Source of the DNA: Oscillospiraceae bacterium
GTDB lineage: Bacteria > Bacillota > Clostridia > Oscillospirales > CAG-272
Direction of reading: 5' to 3'
Assembly (NCBI GenBank): GCA_015063745.1
Contig: SVTO01000007.1
Coordinates: 111 to 64,110, forward strand
Length of the DNA stretch: 64,000 nt
Numbering within the stretch: the first letter of the stretch is position 1; every line of letters starts with the position of its first letter. Under the pieces are notes generated by a model, which searched no databases, was not told the DNA's origin, and worked only from the letters and a program-made list of their open reading frames with translations. Of this stretch, positions 47,417-56,824 are shown one piece after another. The translations under genes and the position numbers were made by a program.

Positions 47417-48487
47417 TCATGCACCGCGGTTGTCTGCAAGCGGAACGGTACCGTCAAAACATTCGATATTTTCCAGAATCAGGTTGTCCATATCCCCGGC
47501 AAGGGCAACGGCAGCACTGGCAGCCCGGGAGCGGAGATTCCGGATTGTGATGTTGTACGTTTCTTCCTTTGTCGCGTGCCTTGTACCGTAGAGTCTGGTG
47601 TCACCCACCCGTACACAGAAAATACCTCTGTCCATATAAGGGGAGTCGGCGGATGTATCGTACACACCGTCTATAAGAATATCATGAAGCCGGATACCAC
47701 TCTGGTTCAGAAGACGTACATTGGTGCAGAACGCAGCAGTGGCAACATTCCGTATACTGATGCGGCAGATATCCGTAGAAAGTCCGTCCACCCGGAAGGT
47801 TTGTTCCAGTCTGCCGGACAGACCGGTCAGGGCAATGGAATCATCTTCGGTAAATCCGGTGATGTTTTCGATGACAATATCGTGACAGCCTGTGCGCAGG
47901 TCAATACCGTCGGCGTTTTTGACCAGAACTTCACTGTATCTGTTTCGCTTCAGACCGTGATATGCATTGCCGTCCCCATCGACACCGATATCGCATGCCG
48001 CAAAATCCAGATCATGCAGCTTTCCGTTTGCACAGAAGAGAAAATTCATAGCCCACCAACGCTGATTGCGGCAGGAGAAACCGGACATTTCAAACCCATC
48101 CACATTGGTGAACAGAATCAGATTGTTTTTCCAGATGGGCGGCAAACCGTCGCGGAGGCTGTTCTTTTCGGAAAGACCGTTGTATGTACCGCCGTCCAGA
48201 ACCGCGCCGTTTTTGCCGATTATGGCAATATTGCGGTCCGTACCTGCGGCAGTTCTGCCTATTTCCGTATCGTGATGTACATTGACAAACATATTGTCAT
48301 ACACACCGTCTGCCATTTTGAGATGACATCCATCCAGAACCAGCGTGAAACCGGAAGGCAGGCGCACAGCGGAAGAAATTTCCAAACAGCCGGTAATGAC
48401 TGCGGAAGTTTCCCCATTGGCCATTGCCGTGCGGATGGCTTCGGTGATGTATTCCGAACCGTTCGGAGAAAAGATGATTTCAGACAC
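47417..48487 (-). CDS. Right-handed beta-helix, GH28/pectin-lyase-like protein
   Basis: NIAIIG..GAVLDGG, KNADGID, GFTEDDSIAL resemble the GH28 NTD/DD motifs; SD AGGAGG before GTG 48487; no signal peptide. Confidence 0.75.
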   Translation of the reverse strand: MSEIIFSPNGSEYITEAIRTAMANGETSAVITGCLEISSAVRLPSGFTLVLDGCHLKMADGVYDNMFVNVHHDTEIGRTAAGTDRNIAIIGKNGAVLDGGTYNGLSEKNSLRDGLPPIWKNNLILFTNVDGFEMSGFSCRNQRWWAMNFLFCANGKLHDLDFAACDIGVDGDGNAYHGLKRNRYSEVLVKNADGIDLRTGCHDIVIENITGFTEDDSIALTGLSGRLEQTFRVDGLSTDICRISIRNVATAAFCTNVRLLNQSGIRLHDILIDGVYDTSADSPYMDRGIFCVRVGDTRLYGTRHATKEETYNITIRNLRSRAASAAVALAGDMDNLILENIECFDGTVPLADNRGA

Positions 48488-48672
48488 AGTACCGTCCTCC
48501 TGTATGTCAGAGATGCTTAAAGTATACCACGGCATCGCAGCTGCACGGTGTTTTGAACCGGACGTTGATTTGCCGATGAAAGAAATGTTCTGTCGATCTG
48601 CCGGGGACAGATGACACTATTATATATTATATATAATAAATGAAGGAAACTGATCAAAAAGAGGGATTTATC

Positions 48673-48902
48673 TTACCGTTTCAGTTTCTGACAGTACTGG
48701 GTACAGAGCTTGTCCGTACATTCCGAGCATTTCAGAGCCGCGTTGGTCATCTCGCAGAACCGTTCGGGATAGATCATAATGCAAAGCTCCCACACCAGCC
48801 ACGCGGCCAGAGCCATAATGACCAAAGACAGGGCATAGAATCCGCCCATATAATACTGCGGGCAATCAGACGGACATAATACCGTTTTCTCGTATCCGAC
48901 AT
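48673..48902 (-). pseudogene. Probable internally deleted membrane-protein gene
   Basis: Strong SD + MSDTRKRYYVRLIARSII in one frame; GGFYALSLV...WELCIMIYPERFCEMTNAALKCSECTDKLCTQYCQKLKR* in another. Confidence 0.55.
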
Positions 48903-49047
48903 GGGTGTTCTCCTTTCCTGTCTCGGTTATGTTACATAGTATACCCGAAAAAAGATGGATTGTCAATGTACCGGGTATACAGTGCGAAAAAATTGCTGTT
49001 TACTGCGTCCGGAAAATGTGGTATAATGGAGAAAACAACACAGGAGA

Positions 49048-50142
49048 ATGAATAATATGGCATCTTTCGGTATAAATGTAATGGACTTCGGCGCAAAGGG
49101 TGACGGTATCGCGGATGATACTGCCGCCATTCAGAGTGCGATTGATTTTGCGGCCGAACGGGGCGGCGGAAAAATTCTGTTCCCCTACACCAAAGGCGGT
49201 TACCGCATCGCTTCCCCCGGCATCGAATCGGTGGACGGGAAACCCGTACGCGCACAGCTGGTGATTCCGGCGGGATGCGCCAATATTCAGCTGGAAGGAG
49301 AAATGCCCTGCCGGCTTCTGAATGCTTATATTGTCCGTAGCCCAGAGGCGGTAAAGTATAATTTTATCCCTACAACATTCGGTACCATGCTCTGCGACAA
49401 TACAAGACTGTTTTCGGATTGGGAAGCACCGGAAGAGCATGATCCTACCGCCCGTCCGTGGGCAATTCTGGCAGCACCCGAGGGAACATCCTGCGCGGGA
49501 AAATTCAGTGTAAAAAAATTCACCATCACCAATCTGGAATTCCGCGTGCCGCTGAATACGGACAAAATGTATCCCACGCAAACGGCGGTCAATTTGCAGA
49601 ATGTGTCCCGTGTACAGGTCTGCGACAGCCAGTTCTGCCTGAACGAACAAGTGGGTGATACACTGCTCGGCAAGGAGTTGCAGGCCAATCCTTGCCATAC
49701 CGCCGGACTGATCACAGCTGGGGACCAGAACGACGACAATGTCCTGCGCAATGTAGCGGTACAGGGATTCCGGTACGGCTTTGTCTGCGGCGAACACGTG
49801 GTGGCGGATTATCTGTACATTCACAACTGTGAAGAGGGTATTACCTTCCACGACTGTTCCCATCTTTCCGTGATCCAGCATATTGTGGCACAGCACAACC
49901 GTGTGATTCTGTCCACCACCACGGAAGAGTTGTTCGGTATGCACAAGGGCAGCTGCAACGTATTGGTGGAAACGCTGAATTTCGAATGTGGTGCCGGACT
50001 GCAGCCTTCCGTTTGTGCGCTGAAATACGGCGTATACGATCCCGAAAACCGACTCCACGGCAGTCTGACCTGGCATAAGCCCTGGGGTTCACAGAAATTC
50101 CCCGCCGTATGCAGTGAAGCATTTGTCATCCGCCATTTCTGA
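49048..50142 (+). CDS. Pectate_lyase_3 / beta-helix superfamily protein
   Basis: INVMDFGAKGDGIADDTAAIQSAID...GGGKILFP signature; no signal peptide. Confidence 0.8.
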   Translation: MNNMASFGINVMDFGAKGDGIADDTAAIQSAIDFAAERGGGKILFPYTKGGYRIASPGIESVDGKPVRAQLVIPAGCANIQLEGEMPCRLLNAYIVRSPEAVKYNFIPTTFGTMLCDNTRLFSDWEAPEEHDPTARPWAILAAPEGTSCAGKFSVKKFTITNLEFRVPLNTDKMYPTQTAVNLQNVSRVQVCDSQFCLNEQVGDTLLGKELQANPCHTAGLITAGDQNDDNVLRNVAVQGFRYGFVCGEHVVADYLYIHNCEEGITFHDCSHLSVIQHIVAQHNRVILSTTTEELFGMHKGSCNVLVETLNFECGAGLQPSVCALKYGVYDPENRLHGSLTWHKPWGSQKFPAVCSEAFVIRHF

Positions 50143-50300
50143 CCGGATGAAGGTGCCCGGATTGCACACGGAAAATTCCCGGAAGGGATTGCAATATCCG
50201 GGATTTCATGGTACAATAATCAAAGAATATTTTTCGGGTAAGACCACAGGCCGCCGCCCGGCTTTGACATAATGTTGTTTCATCAGGAGGATAATTCAAA

Positions 50301-53033
50301 ATGGCCACTGAAAAGAACAGAATCATGAAAAGAAGTACTGCATTCATTATGGCAGTCATAATGATATTGGAACTTGTTTCTCTGCATATCACAGCATCAT
50401 CCGAAGAACCCACTCCCGAGCAGATTTCTGCTGTAAGAGAACAGCGTCTTCCCACCAGCACGCCCAGACCGGAAATAATGCTGCTGGCAGATATTCCTGC
50501 GGAGGATGTTGCCCTTTCCACTAAGCTGTATAACGACCTGTTGGGTTATGATCCGGAGCTGTTTCTGATGAGTGATGAAGGGATCAAACATCTCTGGTTT
50601 TACTGGGATGATGTGGGTACCGATGAGGAACTGGCCTATCTGAAATCCCTTGCGGCGGAGATCACCGAAGACTGCAGCGGCGTGGAGGATAAGATTTTTG
50701 CCGTTGCCAAGTATCTTGCCCAGAATGTCGGATATGACTATGACTATCTGGAATCCCTGGATGTTTCGCAGCTGGCTGTGAACCCATGGGATGTACTGAT
50801 GAAACAGGCAACCGTATGTGAAGGCTATGCCCGAACCACTGCAGCGCTGCTTCAGTGTCTGGATATTCCCTGCGTATGTGCCTATTCCCCCAACCATGTG
50901 TGGAATATTGCCTATACCGGCGAACGTTGGATGCTGTTTGACACAACCTGGATGACCAACGGCAGATACGAAAACGGTATACTGACCCTGTCCGATGTAG
51001 TGTCTCTGGATTGGTATGACTTCACCATAGAACAGGCAAACGGAAACGGAAACCATACCATTGAAGAAACGGACCTGTGTGTCATTGACGGTGTACTGAC
51101 CAAATTCCCGTGCTATACGGAAAAGACCTCCGTTGCTCTCCCCACTACGGTGGAAGAGATCGGTGACTATGCGTATATAACCAGAGAAAACTGCGATATT
51201 GAAGTTGTTTACATCCCCTCGTCCCTGAAGAATATCGGTGAGGTTGCCTTCTATTACGGTGATCCGCTGAAGACCATCTATTACCAGGGTACAGAAGATG
51301 CGTTCTCCAATATCACGATCGAAAGATGGAACTCCAATTTCACATCATGCAGCGATATCCGGTATCTGGATGAAGTTTCCGCACCGTATATCACAAAGCA
51401 TCCGGCTGATGTCAATATGGGAAAAGGCAATTCCGTAACTTTATCCGCAGAAGCAGCCGTTGATACCGGTACACTCACCTATCAGTGGTATAAAGCGGCA
51501 AGCCGCACCAACAAAACCGGTACACCGATCGACGGTGCCGTTACCACCAGTCTTACCGTTGCCGGTGACAATGTGGGCGAGTACTATTACTATATGGAAG
51601 CGACGGTAACTGCCGCTGCTTTCTCAGGCGTCAAGACCAAAACCGTAAAAACCGTACCGTGTCAGGTTCGTGTTTTTGAAACTGTACCTTCTTCGGTGAT
51701 TCGTGTCGGTCCCGCAGCACTTATGTATATCTATACGGGAAGCCAAACTGTGGAAATTGAAGGTTCCGGCGAAGTGTCCGCCAACTGGTGGGACATTCCG
51801 TACAGCAGCACAGTATATATCGATAAAGATATCACTTCCATTGCAGATCCGATAAATACATTCAAGTACACCGCCGGAGTGGTGGTAGAAGAGGGAAGTG
51901 CGCATTACAAGAGCGATTCTGCCGGTGCACTGTATGATCTGGATACGGCAACATTCCTGGTGCTGCCCTACTACGCTTCTGCAACCGAGCTGGTTGTGCC
52001 GGAAGGTATCAGGCACATTGCCGCCGGGGCGATCGGAAAGACATTAACTTCGATCGTACTTCCCGGAACACTCGAAACAATAGGGGGGCCCCTTGTACCG
52101 ACAAACAGACTTACCCATCTCTCGTTGTCCTCGGAAAGTACAAACTTCTACATTGATGAATACGGTGCACTGATCGATAAGGCAGGGAAGCGGATTGTAT
52201 GTTTCCCCTCTTCATCTGCTGACTTCTACAATCCTCTGGAACAGTACATTATGCCCGATGGTATTCTGTATATAGAAGATTTTGCATTTGAGTTTGCGAA
52301 TATCAGATCTGTTGTATTCAATGATGATCTGATCTCCATAGGCAAGTGTGCTTTTTATAACAACAGCAGATCCACCACATTTGAATTTCCGGCCACACTC
52401 AAGAGCATCGGAGAATCAGCCTTTGCCTATAACCAGTATCTGACGAAAGTGTATTTCCGTGGGGATGCTCCCGAAAAATGGGGAACGCAAATGTTTCAAC
52501 TGTGGGACAATTACGATCCGGTGGAGATCTACTACGCCGACACCGCCTCCGGTTGGTCTACTCCCACCTGGACCCACCCCGACGATCCTTCCACAACCTA
52601 CACCACTCATCCCTATGATACCGGTGACATTACCGTAATTTCCGTAAGCGTTGCATACACCGTATACAAACAGGTCGTAACGCTGCCGGATAACGGTGCA
52701 GCCTGCCGTGTGGGATACCTGAAGAACGGTGTCTATACGGCGCTGACCGGTGTACGGAATACGGACGGCAGTTACAGCTTTACCGTACCCGACGGTATCA
52801 CCGAGGTGCTGGCGGTAGTTGCAGGTGACGTGGACGGTGACGGTGACGTGGATACAGCGGATGCCAAAGCCCTTGCCGGATCCCTGATGCCCTCCGGAAT
52901 GGCGTTGAGCGCAGCTGAACAGTTCGCCGCGGACATCAATCTGAACGGCAAGCTGAATTCCGCCGATAGAGTTCTGCTCTCCCGCAGCCTGCTGGATGAA
53001 AGCCACGCAATGTATAAGGCTCTGCAGTGGTAA
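50301..53033 (+). CDS. Secreted transglutaminase-like + BspA-type LRR + Ig-like + dockerin protein (copy 1)
   Basis: Signal peptide; VCEGYA/NHVWN/FDTTW (C-H-D triad); LKNIGEVAF and LKSIGESAF LRRs; LTYQWY; GDVDGDGDVDTAD...ADINLNGKLNSAD. Confidence 0.85.
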   Translation: MATEKNRIMKRSTAFIMAVIMILELVSLHITASSEEPTPEQISAVREQRLPTSTPRPEIMLLADIPAEDVALSTKLYNDLLGYDPELFLMSDEGIKHLWFYWDDVGTDEELAYLKSLAAEITEDCSGVEDKIFAVAKYLAQNVGYDYDYLESLDVSQLAVNPWDVLMKQATVCEGYARTTAALLQCLDIPCVCAYSPNHVWNIAYTGERWMLFDTTWMTNGRYENGILTLSDVVSLDWYDFTIEQANGNGNHTIEETDLCVIDGVLTKFPCYTEKTSVALPTTVEEIGDYAYITRENCDIEVVYIPSSLKNIGEVAFYYGDPLKTIYYQGTEDAFSNITIERWNSNFTSCSDIRYLDEVSAPYITKHPADVNMGKGNSVTLSAEAAVDTGTLTYQWYKAASRTNKTGTPIDGAVTTSLTVAGDNVGEYYYYMEATVTAAAFSGVKTKTVKTVPCQVRVFETVPSSVIRVGPAALMYIYTGSQTVEIEGSGEVSANWWDIPYSSTVYIDKDITSIADPINTFKYTAGVVVEEGSAHYKSDSAGALYDLDTATFLVLPYYASATELVVPEGIRHIAAGAIGKTLTSIVLPGTLETIGGPLVPTNRLTHLSLSSESTNFYIDEYGALIDKAGKRIVCFPSSSADFYNPLEQYIMPDGILYIEDFAFEFANIRSVVFNDDLISIGKCAFYNNSRSTTFEFPATLKSIGESAFAYNQYLTKVYFRGDAPEKWGTQMFQLWDNYDPVEIYYADTASGWSTPTWTHPDDPSTTYTTHPYDTGDITVISVSVAYTVYKQVVTLPDNGAACRVGYLKNGVYTALTGVRNTDGSYSFTVPDGITEVLAVVAGDVDGDGDVDTADAKALAGSLMPSGMALSAAEQFAADINLNGKLNSADRVLLSRSLLDESHAMYKALQW

Positions 53034-53077
53034 ACCGCAAATCAAAGGACATTTCTGTACGATAACAGAATAACCGG

Positions 53078-53115
53078 AACCGGAGAAGATCTGTGATGGA
53101 TTTTCTCCGGTTTTT
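53078..53115 (+). terminator. Intrinsic terminator between the paralogs
   Basis: AACCGGAGAAGATC...GATTTTCTCCGGTTTTT. Confidence 0.7.
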
Positions 53116-53244
53116 GCCTGCAGCGGAAATATTTCCGCAGGGGATTGCATTCTCTGCATTTTCATGGTAAAATGTTCTTGGAAATATCTCCGGGAGCAAT
53201 AATATTCCGGTTCTGACATAACGCTGTTTTATCAGGAGGAAACA

Positions 53245-55980
53245 ATGACCGCCGAAAAAAACGGTATCATCAAGCGCAGTGTTGCACTTATTCTGATTCT
53301 CATAATGGGAATCCTGCTTCTGCCGGTATCTGCGGACACCCCCGAGGACATCCCGCCGGTGGAACCCATCGAACAGCCGGACAGACTGCCTACCAATACC
53401 CCCCGTCCGCAGATCATGCTGTATGCCCAGACGGTTACAGCCGAAAGTGCGGCCTTGTCTGCGGAACTGTACAACAATTTTCTGAACTGTGATCCGGAAC
53501 TGTTTCTGCTGACCGAAACGGGTATCAGAAATCTGGGTTGGTATGCAACGGCAACGGATGCGCAGCAGGCCTACGTACAGGCTTATGCGGATGCCATCGC
53601 CGCCGGATGTGAAACAACGGACGAAAAAATTTACGCCGTTGTGGAATATGTCTGCAAAAACATCGGCTACGACAACGACTATTACATCCACCATACCAAG
53701 GAATACTGGGAAATGGCGCTGCACCCTTGGAATGTACTGGAAACCGGCGCAACGGTTTGCGAAGGTTATGCCAGAGTTACCGCAGCCTTGCTCCAATGTC
53801 TGGGTATCCCCTGCGTGTACGTACTTGCGCCCAACCATGCATGGAACATGGCATACAACGGGGAGCGGTGGATGCTGATTGATACCACATGGATCTCCGG
53901 CAGTACCTATGAATACGGCGTGCTGAACAAATCCGACGATATGTGGATGGAGTGGTATGACTTCACCATCGAACAGGCCAACGCGGAGTACAGCCATACC
54001 ATTACCCAACTGCCCATCAGCATATCCGATGGTGAACTGACCAATTTCCCCTATTATACCAGGCAGAACCACGCAGTCCTCCCCGCCAGCGTAAACACGA
54101 TCAAAGCCAGAATCACCACAACAAACGGTGTGCTCAAAAGCATATACCTGCCGAAATCGGTAACAAAAATTGCCACAAGCTCCTTCTACTATGGCAATGT
54201 TCTGGAAACGGTTTACTATGAAGGTACGGAAGCGGCGTTTTCCGACATTACAATAGAAAATTATAACGCAACGCTCACAGCCTGTACGGATATCCGGTAT
54301 CTGGATGAAGTGTCCGCCCCCGTGCTTGTGAGCCAGCCCCCCGATCAGTATACCGGTATCGGAGAATCCGTGGTTCTGGAAGCGGCGGTATCCGGGGAGT
54401 CGGATGTGCTGACCTATCAGTGGTACGAAACAACGGCCAGGGACAACAGTACCGGCAAAGCCATTTCCGGCGCTGTAAATCCCATTTTCCGTTTTACTGC
54501 CGACACCGTTGGCGAAAAGTATTATTTTCTGGAAGTCACCCGTACAAATCCCCTCGTAAGCGGAACCCAGTCCAAGTCTGTCAGAACCACACCGTGTAAG
54601 GTGCGCGTATTTGAAGAAAAACCCTCTGTGGTGATCCGTGTGGGCAGCGGGGCTGTGATGTACGTGCTTTCCGTCAGCAAGACCGTGTATATCGAAGGTG
54701 CGGGAGATGTTTTCGTAAACTGGTGGGATGTACCTGCATCGAGTACGGTGTATATCGATAAGGATATCACCGCTATCGCAGACGGAACGCTCTGCTTCTA
54801 TCGGACCAAAGCGGTTGTGGTGGAAGAAGACAATGCCCGGTATCGGAGCGATGCATCCGGTGCGCTGTACGATATGCAGGAAGGTGTGATGCTGATTTTT
54901 CCCATGAATGCATCCACAACAGAGCTGGTTGTACCGGAAGGAATCAAAACCATTCCGGCCGAAGCCATCAGAGGCAATGTGGAAAGACTCGTTCTGCCCG
55001 GCAGTCTGGAAACGATCGACGGTTATCTGGTGGAAAACAATCATCTGACAAAAATCCGCTTCTCTTCCGGTAATCCCCGTTTTTATGTGGATTCCTACGG
55101 CGCGCTGATTGATAAAATCGACGGTCGGATTGTTGCATTTGCATCAGGCGCAACATCCACAAGCAAGCCCCTTGAGCAGTACATTTTCCCCGACGGTATC
55201 CGGTATTTGGAAGACAAGGCATTCATGTATGCGCAGATCCGGTCTTTTGTGTTCAATGACGACGTGATTGCTATCGGTGAAAAGTGCTTCTATAATAATA
55301 ATGTAATCAGCACATATGAATTTCCATCCACGCTGAAAAGCATCGGAAATGCTGCACTGGCCTATAATCAGCAATTGAAAGAAGTGTATTTCCGCGGAGA
55401 TGCGCCCGAAGAATGGGGAACGGAAATGATGATGCTGTGGACTGGTTACGAACAGCCGGTGATCTACTACTCCGACACCGCATCCGGCTGGTCCACCCCC
55501 TATTGGACACACCCCGATGATTCTTCCACCGTATACAAAGCCTATCCCTACGATACCGGCGATATTTCCGTAATATCCGTCGGCGTGCCCTATACGGTAT
55601 ACGAACAGGTTGTAACGGTGCCGAATAACGGTGTGGTCTGTCGGGTAGGATATCTGAAAAAAGGTGTTTACACCGCTGTGAAGGGTATAAAAAATTCCGA
55701 TGGCAGCTACAGTTTCACTATCCCGGATAACCGGAATGAAGCATTGGTAGTATTTATCGGTGATGTGAACGGCGACGGCGCGGTGGATCTGGCAGATACT
55801 ACTGCACTTGGCAAAGCCCTTCTGCCCGTAAGCAGAGAAGCACACACGGAATTGACCATCGAGCAGCAGTTTGCCGCAGACATCAACCTGAACGGAAATC
55901 TGAACTCCGCCGATAAGGTACTGCTCTCCCGCAGTCTGCTGGGCAAGAACCATATCATGTATAAAGCTTTCAAATGGTAG
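53245..55980 (+). CDS. Secreted transglutaminase-like + LRR + Ig-like + dockerin protein (copy 2)
   Basis: Colinear paralog of 50301-53033: VCEGYA/NHAWN/IDTTW; GDVNGDGAVDLAD...ADINLNGNLNSAD. Confidence 0.85.
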   Translation: MTAEKNGIIKRSVALILILIMGILLLPVSADTPEDIPPVEPIEQPDRLPTNTPRPQIMLYAQTVTAESAALSAELYNNFLNCDPELFLLTETGIRNLGWYATATDAQQAYVQAYADAIAAGCETTDEKIYAVVEYVCKNIGYDNDYYIHHTKEYWEMALHPWNVLETGATVCEGYARVTAALLQCLGIPCVYVLAPNHAWNMAYNGERWMLIDTTWISGSTYEYGVLNKSDDMWMEWYDFTIEQANAEYSHTITQLPISISDGELTNFPYYTRQNHAVLPASVNTIKARITTTNGVLKSIYLPKSVTKIATSSFYYGNVLETVYYEGTEAAFSDITIENYNATLTACTDIRYLDEVSAPVLVSQPPDQYTGIGESVVLEAAVSGESDVLTYQWYETTARDNSTGKAISGAVNPIFRFTADTVGEKYYFLEVTRTNPLVSGTQSKSVRTTPCKVRVFEEKPSVVIRVGSGAVMYVLSVSKTVYIEGAGDVFVNWWDVPASSTVYIDKDITAIADGTLCFYRTKAVVVEEDNARYRSDASGALYDMQEGVMLIFPMNASTTELVVPEGIKTIPAEAIRGNVERLVLPGSLETIDGYLVENNHLTKIRFSSGNPRFYVDSYGALIDKIDGRIVAFASGATSTSKPLEQYIFPDGIRYLEDKAFMYAQIRSFVFNDDVIAIGEKCFYNNNVISTYEFPSTLKSIGNAALAYNQQLKEVYFRGDAPEEWGTEMMMLWTGYEQPVIYYSDTASGWSTPYWTHPDDSSTVYKAYPYDTGDISVISVGVPYTVYEQVVTVPNNGVVCRVGYLKKGVYTAVKGIKNSDGSYSFTIPDNRNEALVVFIGDVNGDGAVDLADTTALGKALLPVSREAHTELTIEQQFAADINLNGNLNSADKVLLSRSLLGKNHIMYKAFKW

Positions 55981-56009
55981 AACACGGTCTGAGGGAAACG
56001 AAATAAAAG

Positions 56010-56048
56010 AAAACAGACGGAATCCGGTGAAAAGATTCCGTCTGTTTT
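56010..56048. terminator. Bidirectional terminator
   Basis: AAAACAGACGGAATC...GATTCCGTCTGTTTT. Confidence 0.75.
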
Positions 56049-56063
56049 GTGTCTGTCCGTGAA

Positions 56064-56171
56064 TTATTCGGCAGTTGTTTCGGTCTCAGTTTCGATTTCA
56101 TCGGATGCATTGCAGGCTGCCAGCTGCAGAAGCATTGCAGAAAGCAGCAGGGTGCTTATGAACTTTTTCAT
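56064..56171 (-). pseudogene. 35-aa lipoprotein stub (signal peptide + T/E linker only)
   Basis: SD AAAGGAG; MKKFISTLLLSAMLLQLAAC-NASDEIETETETTAE*. Confidence 0.6.
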
Positions 56172-56425
56172 GATTACAGCACTCTCCTTTGGAAAAATAA
56201 AATGATAATATATGCAGGATATTATTATTTTAGCACAATCCGAAAGTTCGTCTATAGGCAAATCAGAGAAAAAAACGGAAGAAAACCGTTAATATGCACA
56301 ATTCGGGGGGGGGGCTGATGGAAATTGCAGCACAGTGAACGAAACGACGGCCGGATAGGAAGTGCTGTCCTGCAAAAAAACCGGAATCATTGAGGTTCCG
56401 GTGGGGTGTTTTTGTATTTTGAAAT

Positions 56426-56770
56426 TCAGAAAATAATATGCAGCCGGTCGAATACCAGATCCCACAATTCCATAAGCGGCAGAGCAAGAATGACAGCAGA
56501 GACGATCTGCAGACAACATATCGTTTTGGTGAAGGCAAACTTTGCCGCAGCTTTGGTGTGCAGAACCACAAGAATACAGAATACCGCAAAATCCAGAATT
56601 GCCGTGACGGCACAGAAGGGGAGAAACCGCGGATACTGCAGGAGAACGGAACCGCCGTCCAGAGAAAGCGCCAAGCCGATCCCCAGTATCTGCAGCAGAC
56701 AAATGCAGCCGAAGCTGACGGAAAGTGCATAGAACAGGGTAAAGGCGATGACGAGAACAGTTCTTTTCAT
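56426..56770 (-). CDS. Hypothetical membrane protein (3 TM)
   Basis: Hydrophobic 114-aa ORF co-oriented just downstream of the desulfidase gene. Confidence 0.6.
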   Translation of the reverse strand: MKRTVLVIAFTLFYALSVSFGCICLLQILGIGLALSLDGGSVLLQYPRFLPFCAVTAILDFAVFCILVVLHTKAAAKFAFTKTICCLQIVSAVILALPLMELWDLVFDRLHIIF

Positions 56771-56824
56771 TATTTATAACAGGCCGGTACCGGAGTCTGA
56801 CAAACCGTACCGAACGGTATCTCC

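Noticed and set aside
50301-55980. Diversity-generating retroelement or assembly duplication explaining the paralogs
   Set aside because: No reverse transcriptase; differences are spread throughout and not adenine-specific; the copies are too diverged for an assembly artefact.
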